DNA of 64,000 bases from Octopus vulgaris (GCA_951406725.2 OX597824.1:98518001-98582000), one strand, 5' to 3'; shown: positions 1-13,372, counted from the stretch's first letter. Made by a program: numbers and translations. Notes: generated from the sequence alone by a model not told the origin.

Positions 1-1279
1 ACTATCACAAACTGTCTGATAACCAAACAGAAACAGTCATACTTGATAAACTAATGTTCTCGAAGAATCGAGAATTTTCTGGTGAAATAATTTATAGGAT
101 AACGATAAGTTAATTCTTTAACAGTTACCATTCTCTATCTAATTTCTTTTTCATTCATGTATAATTGGCATCCCCCATCACATCGTTTATTATTCCCGTT
201 TGCAAAGTAATTTCATTTATATTTATAAATATTTCTACTTTTGTCTAAATAAATATTTTTAAATGTTAGTTTGTTAAAACACAAGATTTTTTTTTTGTTT
301 TGATATGTTCGATTCTTTGTCAGTTTTTCCACAAACAACTTCGCTTGGCAGTTCTTTCTCCCATATTAAAGCCAGGCATTGCAGAAGAGGATACTTTTTG
401 TACCCTTTACAAAACTGGTTTCAAATATCTAATGAAAATACGATAATTTACGGTAAATGTTGCCAGCATTCAAAATTATTACACTTAATTTATAATGACA
501 ATCAGCTGACAAACAGCCAAGACAAAACTGAAGCCCACGCTGGCTGTTTGTCGACAGTAACAACACCTAATAAGACACAATAAATCACCACCTGCGGCAT
601 TTTAACCATTTTGCTATATTTTTATTTTTATTTTAGGAAAAGCTAAATGCTAATTAGCTGTAATAACAATGTGATTACTACATTATCAATTCTACCACAT
701 CTTGACACAGATAGACATAAATATATCAGCCAGATATTAAATTTGTTTATGGTGTTCAGACATAAACTGTTTTGTTTTCCCATAAAGAATTATAGAGAAC
801 TTTCCAAGCAGCTGATTTCAAATTTGCCGAAGGATGAAAGCATTTCGATTTTGACCTAAGTTTCCATTACATTGTGCTGCGCATGACATCATTTAATTGA
901 TTATTACTATTTGCGTGGATGCTAAATACATTGTATGAAATTCTAAATCTACAGGTGTGGATGCCAATTCTGTTGCACGGGGTGGCAGCCACTGTGGTAG
1001 AGGCTAGAATGCATGAACAGAGCAAAAATATATCATAAATATAACAGGAAAATAATATCACTTATATCTGTTCCATGCACAACACAGCGTGAATCAGAAT
1101 TGAAATAAATTTGAATATGAAAAGCACATTTTTGCCATTGATGTGATGTGGAGAGCGGGTGAATCTCCTGATGGACACTTTCACGCACATTTACACATAT
1201 ATATCCATATATAGAGAGATACATTATTGCTATAACTGATAAGAGTACGTTATGACATGATTGTAATATATAACTGTTA

Positions 1280-1667
1280 TCTTTTATCTTTCACCTCAGT
1301 CATTAGACTGCGGCCATGCTGGGGCACTCACTGCCTTGAAGAATTTTTAGAACCAACCCGGTACTTATTTTTTAAGGCCTGGTATTTATTCTATCGAGAC
1401 TCTTTTGCTGATCCACTAATTTATGGGGACGTAAACACGCCAACACCAGTTCTTAAGTGGTGATATGGGGCAAACACTGACACAAAGACACACACACACA
1501 GATTTATAAATGTATACGACGGGTTTCTTTCAGTTTCCGTCTACCAAATCCACTCACAAGGCTTTGGTCGGCCCAAGGCTATAGTAGAAGATACTCATGC
1601 AATGGGACTGAACTCAGATACATGTGGTTGGGAAGCGAACTTCTTACCACACAGCCACGCCTGCACC
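1280..1667 (-). mobile_element. tRNA-derived CORE-type SINE (family A)
   Basis: Reverse complement has head GGTGCAGGCGTGGCTGTGTGGTAAG, body GGATTTGGTAGACGGAAACTGAAAGAAACCCGTCG and tail GCCCCAGCATGGCCGCAGTC. Homologous to copies at 5979, 25135, 30381. Confidence 0.85.
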
Positions 1668-2089
1668 TATCGTCATTATTTTATTTGGTAAGCGACAAAA
1701 CTAAAAAAGAAAAAGTATAAAACCACTCACATCTTGTTGTTCGTCAATTTTCTCAACAACCAAAAGCTTTGGATAAAGGAGAGAAATATTGAAACACTTA
1801 CTATTGGGGTTACTATTGTTTGTTTAGATACCCTAAATGTTTTATTCCTTCCTTTCACTCCACCACCCTGTATAGACCCGTTTGCAATGGGTGTATATTT
1901 TCAAAGATTTCGATTTGAAGTAATTTTCTAATATTAAATCTCTGCAGTAAAAGCATCGGTTAATGACGTTAGCAGATTCGTTTTACTTCTTTTTATTGTT
2001 GCGACGTAAGAGTCCATGCGAATGTATCTGTATTTCTATGTGTTTGTGTGTGTATGAATTGGTTGACTTCAGATATTTTTCAGTTTATT

Positions 2090-2560
2090 TTACCTTTATT
2101 CTTGTCTTATTGTGGTGATGGAATATTAATAGAGTGGAAGAAGGTTTGTTACGATACTCTGTCTTCATATTAATTTCGCTGTTGGCGGTCTACTATCTGC
2201 ATTTCTATACTTTCTGTAATCTATCTTAAGTTGGATCTTTTGAATGTCTAAAAAGTATTCTCAATATATTTTATTGACCCATTGTGTTTTTGAATGGCAT
2301 GTTGATAGAGTATTGGTGTTTTTTTCTTTTTACTCTACTCTCTCTAATGCACTGCAATCTTTTCATGTTAACTACGGGATGTCTTTCCTTTATAGGCTGT
2401 GGTGTTGGCCTTCCATTACTTCTCCAAGCATTTCATATCGTACAAAACGTTTCCAGTCGTGCAGTTTATTTTTGGAATGCTTGTGAATATTTTGTAATTA
2501 TTATCCATACAAAGTAGGCAGGTTCTTCAAGATAGTGTAGACCTAGATATATATAGAAAA
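2090..2560 (-). pseudogene. Degenerate Penelope-like (Neptune-type) GIY-YIG endonuclease fragment
   Basis: Minus-strand translation through stops gives CLLC...NCTTGNVLYDMKCLE...AYKGKTSRS...ILYQHAIQKHNG...ITESIE...INMKTEY. This matches the PLE endonuclease layout (CxxC, Y-x-C, YxGxTSR, HxxxxH, NSKxE). Confidence 0.6.
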
Positions 2561-2714
2561 GGACTTAGTGGCCATGGTTGGGATGTCTTTGGACAAAGGG
2601 CTGCTGGATCAAGGCTAAGGTGGGGTTAAACAACAGCAACTACAACCGCATCAATGACACGCACAATAGCAACAATAGCAGTTACGGTAACATATATAAC
2701 GCTGCACACGCTTA

Positions 2715-2965
2715 AAAAGAGAGAACGATAAAGAAAAAAGAGAGAACGATAAAGAAAAAAGAGAGAACGATATAGAAAAAAGAGAGAACGATATAGAAAA
2801 AAGAGAGATATAGAAAAAAGAGAGAACGATATAGAAAAAAGAGAGAACGATAAAGAAAAAAGAGAGAACGATATAGAAAAAAGAGAGAACGATATAGAAA
2901 AAAGAGAGAACGATATAGAAAAAAGAGAGAACGATATAGAAAAAAGAGAGAACGATATAGAAAAA
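2715..2965 (+). repeat. 21-bp minisatellite (AAAAAAGAGAGAACGATATAG)n, about 12 copies
   Basis: Directly visible tandem array. Confidence 0.95.
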
Positions 2966-3661
2966 GAAGAACATAAATCACAGCAAAATAAGAACAATAA
3001 AACGACCAAGAATAACGGCAATAAAGAAACATCACCACAACAACAACAACTACCACAGTAACAACAAGAAGAGCAATAAAAAGAGTTCCAAGAACAAGAA
3101 CAACAACTGCAACAGTCAAATGGAAAGACAGCGAATAATAATTAAGATGACAAATGTAAAGTGTCATAAAATGGCGGAAAAATTCGTTGAAGCATATGTA
3201 AGATGTCAGATGGCAGTAGTGGGAGGTGAGGAAGGGGTGTAGCGAGAAGATGGATGGTGGTTATGGACGAAGATTAACAAACAGTGATAATAACAATAAC
3301 AACAACAGGATAAATAACGGGGACAATAACAGCTACAACAATAGCAGCACCATCACCCCCCACCACCACCAATAACAACTACAACAGCAACATGATTCAA
3401 TGAGGAAGCGTCGATGTAGATACTCGACATGCTAGAGATAGTAACCAACACGTCATCAAATCACACTCCATTCTCTCGAAAATGGAAAGGCTACAATAGG
3501 TAATATTGGGATACGTACCTACTAAAATATGAATAGTCATGGTAGTCTTTGATCATAGACCAGCTTTATTCTTAGCCTGGGATTAAACCAGAATATGAGG
3601 AGACGACAGCAATATATTCTCCTTGAGAATATATATATATATATATACATACATATATGTT

Positions 3662-3702
<41 letters not shown>

Positions 3703-3789
3703 ATGTATGTATATATGTATGCATGTATATATTACGGAGATGTACTTGCATAGCAAGTGTACAGATAAGATCGTGTGCTGGAACGGAAA

Positions 3790-3958
3790 AAATTGCAGCG
3801 TGGAAGGTGTTTATAAGCCATCTAAAAATACACAAAAACCGTTAGATTCACTTCAATATTTGAATTTAATTTGCCAAATTATTTTCATCTCTTTGAGACC
3901 CCGACTTGTTAACTGAGATGTAGCACGGAATTTTGTCAGTGAACAGGTCGCTGCAATT
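3790..3958 (-). mobile_element. Short PLE-like terminal-repeat element, rearranged copy of the 31150 family
   Basis: TTGCAGCGTGGAAGGTGTTTATAAGCCAT is shared with 31151. Segment 3917-3951 is the reverse complement of 31258-31292. Confidence 0.7.
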
Positions 3959-3959
3959 G

Positions 3960-4039
<80 letters not shown>

Positions 4040-4250
4040 GAGAGAGAGAGAGAGAGAGAGAGATGTATTTTTCCCTTGTTTACAATTAACACGGAAAAAT
4101 AGATAAATAGTTACCAGGGTAGCAAAAAATCACACAAGTAAAAAGGTTGTAACTCCTTGTTTTTAAAGGCAGGTACTCCGGGTTTACGTGAAATATTTTG
4201 TATAATATATATATATAAATAAATGGAGTTAAACGCAGGTGTTATTCAAA

Positions 4251-4348
4251 TTCTTTTCCGACACATGTTTCGAAGATATCACTGGTATTATTCCAAAGGA
4301 ATAAAATGGTGTAGGACAATGTAATCTTCTCTTCAGGGAAGTGAAGAA
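4251..4348 (-). ncRNA. Type I hammerhead ribozyme
   Basis: Minus strand reads UUCC-CUGAAGA-GAAGAU...AUCUUC-GAAA-CAUGUG-UC-GGAA. Canonical core, 6-bp stem II, palindromic stem III (ACAUGU), stem I UUCC/GGAA. Predicted GUC cleavage between 4260 and 4259. Confidence 0.85.
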
Positions 4349-4730
4349 ATGAAACTCGTCAATAATACATTTTAACAGAAAATTATGGATATGTATAGTG
4401 ATTAACTGAACGCTGTTAAGTTTGTTTTAAAAAAGCCTTAGAGGATTTAACGTCAAAGGTAGCCTATAGAAAGAGGAGAGTAAAGGAAAGAAAATAATGT
4501 ATTTCCATGGCTGACAGGAAAAAAGTCAGCGGTTAAACGAGAAGAAATCTGAGAAGATTTGACCAAGGAGATGAGATGAGATAGACATATTGTCTTGCTC
4601 CCAACATAACTTCTCATGGCATTTGACAATGGCTATGACATAGGGAATTGGTGATCGATGATAATTTTTCAGGTGTGTGAGATGGAGAGAATCAACCAAT
4701 CTAAATTAAATTGTTTATTATGATCTTTTA

Positions 4731-4939
4731 GATCTAAAAGATCAGAATAAACAATTTAATTTAGATTGGTTTATTCTCTCCATTTCATTCCCATATGATA
4801 AGGGCAAAGAATTCTGCCAACTCTGTAATACTGAACTATTTTCTATTCTTTTTCTAAGAATCCCCTTGTAAACACGGTTGTAGAACGTGCTTATCGATGT
4901 AAACATTGGCAGAAATACACCTTTAGTTTATATAAGTGA
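4731..4939 (+). pseudogene. PLE GIY-YIG endonuclease C-terminus (one frameshift)
   Basis: DLKDQNKQFNLDWFILSISFPYDKGKEFCQLCNTELFSILF / SKNPLVN...AYRCKHWQKY. Shows the W-x-I-L...PY...CxLC...CRH pattern of PLE endonuclease ends. Confidence 0.75.
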
Positions 4940-5392
4940 TATCTACCATTCTATATAATTTGAACATTGATTTTCTTCTTACATTTCACTTCTACTAGAT
5001 ATATCTATTTCCAAGCGTTTAAGCTTTTATTTTAATTCGCTCTATATTTCCCCTTTATTAGTTTTCTGCTTATTTCTTTCCTGTTTACCCCTTCTCTTTC
5101 TACAGGCTACCTTTGACGTTATTTCCTCTAACGGTGTTTTTTTAAAAAAACTTAATAGTGTTCCATTCATCATTATACACATCGATCACATTCTGTTTGA
5201 ATAACATCTGCGTTTAACTCTATTTGTTTATTTATATATATTATACAAAATACTTCACATCAACCCGGAGATTCTACCTTTTCAAACAGGGTCTCATGGC
5301 CTCACTACTTGTGTAATTTTTTGCTGCCCTGGTAACTGTTTATCTATTTTTCCGTGTTAATTGTAAACAAGAGAACCAATACACACATCCAG

Positions 5393-5470
<78 letters not shown>

Positions 5471-5507
5471 TATATACATACATATATATATTAAACAAAT
5501 AAATATA

Positions 5508-5575
<68 letters not shown>

Positions 5576-5978
5576 CGTATGTATGTATGTATATCATGTT
5601 CTGGTTTAAAGAGAGAAGTGCACGAAACTCAAGTCACGAGAGAAACTTAGTTTCAGTTTTATTAAAAGGAACTGATGCACAAACCGCGCGCACACACCCA
5701 CCCACACATACATCGCCTAGATCTATGAAGCTGATGCTTCTGTCTGGCTGCAGACCAATGGCCTAAACCAACAAAACAATGAAAGGCTACGGACAAACCG
5801 ATTCAATCGTCACGGAGCATGTTAAGTGGGACCGTGTAACAATGGTTAACGAAGTATTTCAGGTAGAAACGACTTTTGGATGAAGGACCCAAGAGATGAG
5901 GAACCCTGATCTCGGTTTGCCGCCAATCTATGGCATCTTTGGTGGTAGGATGGTTTAGCTTTATCTCTGATCTTCTGA

Positions 5979-6355
5979 CTTTTACTTGTTTCAGTCATTA
6001 GACTGCGGCCATGCTGGGGCACCGCCTTCAAGAATATTTTGTCGAAAGAATCGACCCCAGTACTTTTTTCTTTTAGCCTGGTACTTATTCTATTGGTCAG
6101 TTTTGCTCAACTGCTAACTTACGGGGACGTAAATGCACTAACACCGGTTGCCAAGCGGTGAAGGATACATACACTAATACACACACACACACACACATAA
6201 ACGACGGGCTTCTTTCAGTTTTCGTCTATGAAATCTTCTCACAAGGCTTTGATCTACCCGAGGATATGATAGAAGACACTTGCCAAAGGTGCAACACAAT
6301 GGGACCGAACCCGAAACCATGAGGTTGGGGAGTAAACTTCTTACCACACAACCAC
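5979..6355 (-). mobile_element. tRNA-derived CORE-type SINE (family A)
   Basis: Same head, body and tail as the 25135 copy; contains a CCTTTGGCAAGTGTCTT CORE-like motif. Confidence 0.85.
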
Positions 6356-6716
6356 AGCTTAAATAGTTTCTGATGCAACGTTGAGTAGAATGAAGAGAGG
6401 CAAAGTAAGATAAACGGAAATACATGGGAGAGAAGTCGTTTGAGTGGTTTGGTGTGTTTGGTGGGGAAATGAATGCAGTGTTGTCCAGACACACAGGAAG
6501 TGATTGATTAGTGAATATACAGAGTAGATTAGCTGTCCTATCATCGATTTAATACAAGATGTATGATTAGACGAAGTGGAGAAACAATATGGCGCGAAGC
6601 AAACGGGAAGCACACACACGAGCGCACACACGAGCGCACACACATGCACACACACACACACACACACACACACAAGCACATTTCTCCTAATGTAGTCGCT
6701 AATTAGAATCACTTAC

Positions 6717-6786
<70 letters not shown>

Positions 6787-7199
6787 AAAGAGAGGGATGG
6801 GAAATTGCAACCACTGAAGTAGGTGACAAAGTTGAGTCCGATGAAGAAATCGAAAAGATAATGAAACCGGAAGTCAGCAGAAGGCAATGGCGGTGGTGGT
6901 GGAGAAGAACCTAAAAACTCATCACGAAAACGTTACGAAGCATAGTTTTATTATTATTATTATTATTATTACCATCATCATCATCACTAGTATTATCCTT
7001 ATTATTGTTATTATTATTATTGTTATTATTATTATTATTATTAACACCAATACCACCAAATCAACACAAGAAATACAATAGACAATATAAGAAAGATTAT
7101 TAATATTCATGGATGGGGGGGGGGAGTATAAGAATAGACGACATTTCACTATCACTGAATCTGATTTGACATTTATTTATCTTTAGAACGGTTGTGTGT

Positions 7200-7239
<40 letters not shown>

Positions 7240-7984
7240 GTGTGTGTATGTGTGTGTGCGCGTGTGTGTGTGCGTGTGCGTGCGTGCGTGTCTGAGTCTG
7301 TGTGTAAGCACGCAGACATAAAAATATGTATAGTACGTATGTACGTGCATCTCTCTCCCTCTCCATACACACGCATTTAAACGAATATAAATATTCATAT
7401 TAGATACACACACACACACAAATACAAATACATGCTCGTATATATATGTGTGTGGGTGTACATATGTATGTACGTATGTATGTACGTACGTATGTATGTA
7501 TGTATGTATGAATGTACGTATGTATGTATGTATGTATGTATGTATGTATGTATGTATGTATGTATGTATGTATGTATGTATGTATGTATGTATGTATGTA
7601 TGTATGTATGTATGTGTGCATGTATGTATGTGTGCGTGTGTGCATGTATGTGACTTTAGATACATTCTAGGTCAGTAAAACACATTTACACAAGTTTGTG
7701 TATGTTTCTATCTTTCTTAATTTGTTAAGTTTATTTGAAACAGATATTCTATAGAAATTATAACCAGTAATGATTTTTGAGACATCGTTTCGTATACGAA
7801 ACGCAAGATATAAACAAACAATGAGATCGAAGATGTAGAATAGTTAACAGGCGTAAATACCATACTTCGTGGGATTTCGCCCTTCATCAGCACCCATCTA
7901 ATCCATTAATCTTCCTCATTGCTTAAATAGCCACCACAGATAGCGGTGTAAAGTTACTGGATAGACCGATTTACATATTAAACG

Positions 7985-8135
7985 CATTAAAGGGACATTT
8001 CTAACTAATAATATTGCTTGTAGGCGGGGTGTAACAACCAGCGCTAACACCTTTACCTATATTAGCTCAACTTCTTTTGACTTCAAATCCAGCTTACATC
8101 ATCATTTTTCATCTGTTTTGGCATCATAATAGAAC
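7985..8135 (+). pseudogene. Degenerate PLE GIY-YIG N-terminal fragment
   Basis: LKG..FLTNNIACRRGVTTSANTFTYISSTSFDFKSSLHHHFSS resembles the PLE pattern CPLNGxCLxxNIVY-A-V...YIGxT...FKxRxxNH. Confidence 0.5.
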
Positions 8136-8424
8136 CAACGTCATGTCACTGGCTAAAAAAACTGTGACAATGAAAGGACGGAAATACCCAGTTTGAAATT
8201 GTCCGCAGTATTGTTAGGAAAACCTCGCCGTAGTCACATAACAAGTATAGGAGCAGACTACGTTGTACTGAACTACGTGAAATATTAAAATATCAGGGTA
8301 ACCTACTAAATAAAACGCCTGAACTTAGGGTAAATTGTTTGCATCAAAGAAAAAGAACATCTCTTCTTACTTTAAACTGGTTACATAATGCCTACTGGTC
8401 CCTGGCTATATTTCTTTCATGGAA

Positions 8425-8603
8425 AGGCAGCAAGCCGGGAGAAATGCTTAGTGGTATTTCGTCTGTCAACTTTCTGCCGAGGTCAACTTTACCTTTGACC
8501 CTTTCGGGGTCGAAAAATTAAGTACCAGTTGCGTACTGGTGTCGATCTAATCGGCTGGCGCCCTCCCAAAATATTTCGGGGCTTGTGCCTAGAATAGAAA
8601 AGT
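8425..8603 (+). mobile_element. tRNA-derived SINE (family B, Meta-like core), partial
   Basis: GCCGAGGTCAACTTTACCTTTGACCCTTTCGGGGTCGAAAAATTAAGTACCAG is homologous to the 44453 copy. Confidence 0.8.
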
Positions 8604-8817
8604 ATATTTCTTTCATGGTAATTGAATTTAGTCTGTAATTCTTTGACAAATAGTGTACCTATGTTTGCCGTTGATGACATACACTAGTGACACACCCCAA
8701 TTTGTACCGTCGGTAATACTGTATTGCGTGATATAATTGTGATACAGTGTATGACCTCACTTCGAACTTAACTTACTTTTTCTTGGTTGTATTAGGATTA
8801 TGTATATATATGTATAC

Positions 8818-8857
<40 letters not shown>

Positions 8858-8859
8858 CG

Positions 8860-9180
8860 TGGCACTCCGTCGGTTACGACGACGAGGGTTCCAGTTTATC
8901 TGATCAACGGAACAGCCTGCTCGTGAAATTAACGTGTAAGTGGCTGAGCACTCCACAGACACGCGTAGCCTTAATGTAGTTCTTGGGGGAGATTCAGCGT
9001 GACACAGAGTGTGACAAGGCTGGCCCTTTGAAACAGGAAGAAAGAATGGGAGAAAGTTGTGGTGAAAGAGTACATCAGGGTTCGCCAACACCCCTTGCTG
9101 GAGCCTCGTGGAGCTTTAGGTGTTTTCGCGATCCTACGACTGCGAGTCCGCTGCCCTAACCACTGGGCCATTGCGCCTCC
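8860..9180 (-). mobile_element. tRNA-derived SINE (family C)
   Basis: Minus-strand head GGAGGCGCAATGGCCCAGTGGTTAGGGCAGCGGACTCGC carries an A box. Ends GGAACCCTCGTCGTCGTAACCGACGGAGTGCCA followed by a microsatellite. Confidence 0.75.
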
Positions 9181-9599
9181 ACGTATATATATGTATATGT
9201 TTATATTGTATATGTGTGTGTTTATATACATATATACGTTTATAACTTACTTCTATGCATTTTTTTATTATCCTCACTTACCTCCCTTAGAAGTTCTATG
9301 ATTCTCAAACTCAAACTTAATATGTCCTTTAACTCTTATATTTTCTATTTTCTATTGAGTTATGTTATGTTAATCATAATTATATTAATTATATTAATTA
9401 CAATTGTATTATTTCTATTTTGAGAGTATATGTGTATATGTTGTTATGTATGTTGGTGGGTACATATGCATATCTTCATTTATATGCAAATATATTACAT
9501 GTGTGTGTGTGTGTGTGTGTATGTGTGTGTGTGTGTATGTATCTGTGTATATATGCGTATGTTATTTGGATGAGTGTATGCGTGCTTCTGTATGCGGGT

Positions 9600-9800
9600 A
9601 AAAGCTCCGTTGACGAGATTTTATCTACAACATATGTGGAAAATCGGTGTGTGTTTGTTTGTGGCGTTGTTAGTTAACACCTCCTACATTGCTTTATTGA
9701 TTTTGATGAAATTAGACACGTGAGTAGAACTCATGTCTGGAAACCTTGTGTCATACTAAGATTGTTGAAAAAATCGATAATACGGCCCCTGGAAGGGGTC
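9600..9800 (+). mobile_element. Possible Helentron/DINE-like non-autonomous element fragment
   Basis: GT-rich segment followed by GATTTTGATGAAATTAGACAC, a motif typical of such elements. Boundaries unclear. Confidence 0.3.
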
Positions 9801-10288
9801 TTTATATCTACCTCATATAACTAATGTTTTTTAAAACATTCAAGGGAAATTACCCATAGCACCTGCACAACATACTTTTAACACTCAAAGGAAATAATCC
9901 ATACCGCCTGCATTTGCAGTTGTTAGTTTGAAGCGATCAATATTTGACCTTAGTTGGATGGTGTTTGTTTGGGAAATTATGCGGAAGTTAGTGTATTTCA
10001 TCCTATTACCTGTTTGGTTAATAGCTGCTGATAGCCGAGTTATGTCAAATCCTAAATATTAAAGTTTGGGCTTTTATTCACCTGAAGAAAACGCATTTTT
10101 CATGACGTAATTCATTTGTTCAACAATAAAAACGTGCTCGAAACTGCTGTGGTGAAACTTAACCTATTTATATTCCACCTTATTTTACAATGTATCTGTA
10201 ACCTTCCTTACAGTGAATCTGGAACTTAAAGTGGACTGTGAAACTGCAAATCAGAGAACATCTGTAGGTGATCTTATACAGACACTCT

Positions 10289-10335
<47 letters not shown>

Positions 10336-10422
10336 GCACGCACGCACACACACACACACACAGGCACATATTCATTTGTATTGATCTGTTCGTGTGTATA
10401 TTGATCTTTTCATGCATGTGTA

Positions 10423-11320
10423 CGAGGTCTGATCAATAAGTATCCGGACTGTTGTCATAGTAACGAAGCTAAAGCATGCAGAGTGACGCTGCTTAACAAA
10501 GATTGACCTTGAACTTTGTTGTGCATGCACACTAAGTTTTAACACTCTACCTCAATTCTGCTGTTTACAGCAGTGCTTGGAAGGAACGTGTGTAGCGTGT
10601 GATCGTCGCATTGAACATGACAGAGAAAGTTGTGTATGACGATACCTGCTCAGAGGCCTACATAGCGTTACAGAAAGTGTATGGAGCGGAGTGTATGGAG
10701 AGGAGTGTATGAGCCGCACACAAGTGTACGAGCGATTCAGACGTTTCCAAAATGGCCAAAGAAATGTCGATATTGACGTACGTTCTGGGAGACCTGCAAC
10801 CAGCAGAACTGAGAAAAAAAACATCGCAGTTGTACGTGCTGCTGTGAGGGGAAATCGTTGAATCACCATCAATGAGTTATCAGAGGATGTGCAGATTACT
10901 TACGGTTCAGTTCAGTCCATTATCACTGAAGATTTGAGTATGAGTCGTGTGTCTGCCAAGTTAGTGCCAAAACTGTTTTCAGTTGACCAAAAAGACACTC
11001 GGGGTTTAGCTGCACAAGATCTCCTTAATTGTGTCAAGAACGATGAAAACTTTTTGAAAACTTTGCATAGGCCACTGAGCAGGTATCGCCAAGCTTTTGG
11101 CAAAATTTGATGCAGATTCTCAGCTCAACTTTCTGTCATGTTTAATGTGAAGATTACACGCTACACACTTTCCTTCCAAGTACTGCTGTAAACGGCGAAA
11201 GTGAACTAGGACGTTAAACCTTAGTGCGCATGCACAGCAGAGTTTAAGGTGACTCTGTGCCAAGCGTGCTTTAACTTCCTTACTATGGCAACAGTCCGGA
11301 TACTTATTGATCAGACCACA
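10423..11320 (+). mobile_element. Non-autonomous mariner derivative with long inverted ends
   Basis: TA-CGAGGTCTGATCAATAAGTATCCGGACTGTTG ... CAACAGTCCGGATACTTATTGATCAGACCACA-TA. Internal transposase N-terminus: YGEECMSRTQVYERFRRFQNG...RSGRP...RVSAKLVPKLFSVDQK...NDENFL. Confidence 0.9.
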
Positions 11321-11954
11321 TATGTAAATGGTAAGATAAGTCTGTATATACATTAATATATTCGTGAGCGTCCATATATCCACGGATATGCTTTCCTCGA
11401 CCCTCCCTTGGAGTCCTTATTATTAAAATACCCCGATTCAATTGGATACTGCAAATAATTCTGTGTGGGGTGCGTGTGGGAGTGTGTGTGTGTGCGTGTG
11501 TGCGTGTGTGCGTGTGTGCGTGCGTGTGTGTGTAAATATACGACAAAGCGTATAACTTGGAAATTTTTCAAATTTTGACGGATTATTGTTTTTTCTTTTC
11601 TCTGTCATAAGAACAACTGGTGGTGGCCATCGTCGCTGCAGTGAACGGTTGATTAGTCCGCCATTAAATGTCATTTCATTTCAGCAAGGAGGTTGTTAAT
11701 TTAGTCGAAGCCGTGTATGTATGGTTGTGTGTGTACGTGTGAATGTAAGTGTACACACACACACACACACACATAGACACAGAGGTATATGTGTGTGTGC
11801 GCGTTTGTGTGAATGTGTGTGTGTATACGTACATGCGTACATAATACCAGAGGCGCAATATAGAATCAATTAAGGCAAGCCACATAAAAACACATCCAGG
11901 TTAATAAACTAGAAATAATCTCTGTACACACACACACACACTCACACACACACA

Positions 11955-11994
<40 letters not shown>

Positions 11995-12730
11995 TACAGA
12001 GAAAAGAAACAAACATAGTCTTTATACAGCGTCAAGCACATACACATCCTGATACACTTATACATGTTTACATGGACACTAAAAGCTACACGCACACACA
12101 CACACAGATTACGGCAGATAGTGACCTAAAATTTAATAGGCTAGAGAGACATATAATATATATAGAGAGAGAGATATACTCGCACACACACATTCAAAAT
12201 AGTACGCACTCCAACCGAAATACAGAGACACAGGTTCAAAAATAAAAACATATACAACCTCACCCACCACACATAGAAACAAACAAACAAAACAAAACAA
12301 AACAAAACAAACAAACAAACAAACACACCTGGCATAATGAAGCGGAATACAGGAAGCCAAGCAAATGATAATGTGGACAAAATTCTATAACGAATTGTAA
12401 TGTTCAGAAATAGAATATAGAATATAAGAAACAGATTTGTTGTTGATGATGATGATGATGATGACGACGACGACGACGACGATGATGACGATGACGATGA
12501 GAAGGAAGAGGAGGAAGATGGCCAAGGGAATGGTGATGAAGATGACGATGACCATCATCATCATGGCCACAGTAATACCATCAATATAAACTAAGTGGAT
12601 TCAGAACTATAAGCAAATAAGAGAATTTGGTTCACAAGAATTCACATTTCTTGAAGAACAGCAATAGACCTACATGCATATTCATACGTACATAACATAT
12701 ATACACACATACACACACATACACACACAT

Positions 12731-12834
12731 AGGCTCGAAACGTAAAAGACTTTTTCTATTCCTGAGCGTTATACTAATACACCTGTTTGTTTTGCACACC
12801 ACCTGTCTTCGTCTTTTGTTTTTTTCGTAAACTC

Positions 12835-12838
<4 letters not shown>
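12731..12838 (+). mobile_element. 5'-truncated copy of the short HHR-bearing element family (see 61915)
   Basis: AGGCTCGAAACGTAAAAGACTTTT...CCTGAGCGTTATACTAATACA is near-identical to 62015-62110. Confidence 0.85.
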
Positions 12839-12886
<48 letters not shown>

Positions 12887-12888
12887 TG

Positions 12889-12922
<34 letters not shown>

Positions 12923-13325
12923 TGTATGTATGTATGTATGTATTTATATGAATGTATATGTATGTAAGGTACCATGCAAATTGTAAAGAACTCTTAAGGT
13001 AATATGAAAAAAAATGTTTAATAAAACATACCAAGCTGGAGCAAATCGGAATTATGACAAACTGTTCAAAAAATAGGCAAATAAATGTATCTAGATACCC
13101 CACCACCACCACACACAGAGTTTGTAGGAATGAAACGATTTCGCTAAATGTAGCTGTTCTTTCATTGATGAAAACAATGTAAGATACGACAGCTACCATT
13201 AGGTGACTGTATAGAAATAGCCATTTTAATATGCATTCTCTTGTGTTATATTTTTATAGGAGTTGAGTAAATGGACGCTGCAAACACACAAAGCTTTTGT
13301 TAGACACATTGATCTGGTGGTGTAG

Positions 13326-13372
13326 TTATGACTGGGGAGACATACAATAAGGCCGAAACACCGCAGTGTCTC
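13326..13372 (+). ncRNA. Decayed hammerhead-like motif
   Basis: UGA-CUGGGGA...C-GAAA-CAC-CGCA-GUG-UC-UCA. Stems I and III are intact but the core is mutated. Confidence 0.35.

Larger units (their letters stand above)
4071..5375. mobile_element. Fold-back Penelope-like element (inverted terminal repeats around a GIY-YIG C-terminal fragment)
   Basis: Outer arms are inverted (CTTGTTTACAATTAACACGGAAAAATAGATAAA / TTTATCTATTTTTCCGTGTTAATTGTAAACAAG). Inner palindrome is centred near 4732. Flanked by TA/GA microsatellites. Confidence 0.85.

Noticed and set aside
508-552. 12-bp hairpin GACAAACAGCCA/TGGCTGTTTGTC
   Set aside because: Too short for a pre-miRNA or MITE call; no supporting context.
2715-2965. 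Regular repeat array as a possible CRISPR
   Set aside because: Head-to-tail units with no spacers, eukaryotic context, no cas genes.
7855-7895. Hammerhead-like CUGAUGAAGGG...CCCACGAAG on the minus strand
   Set aside because: GAAA and stems I/III are not intact; probably a decayed pLTR motif.
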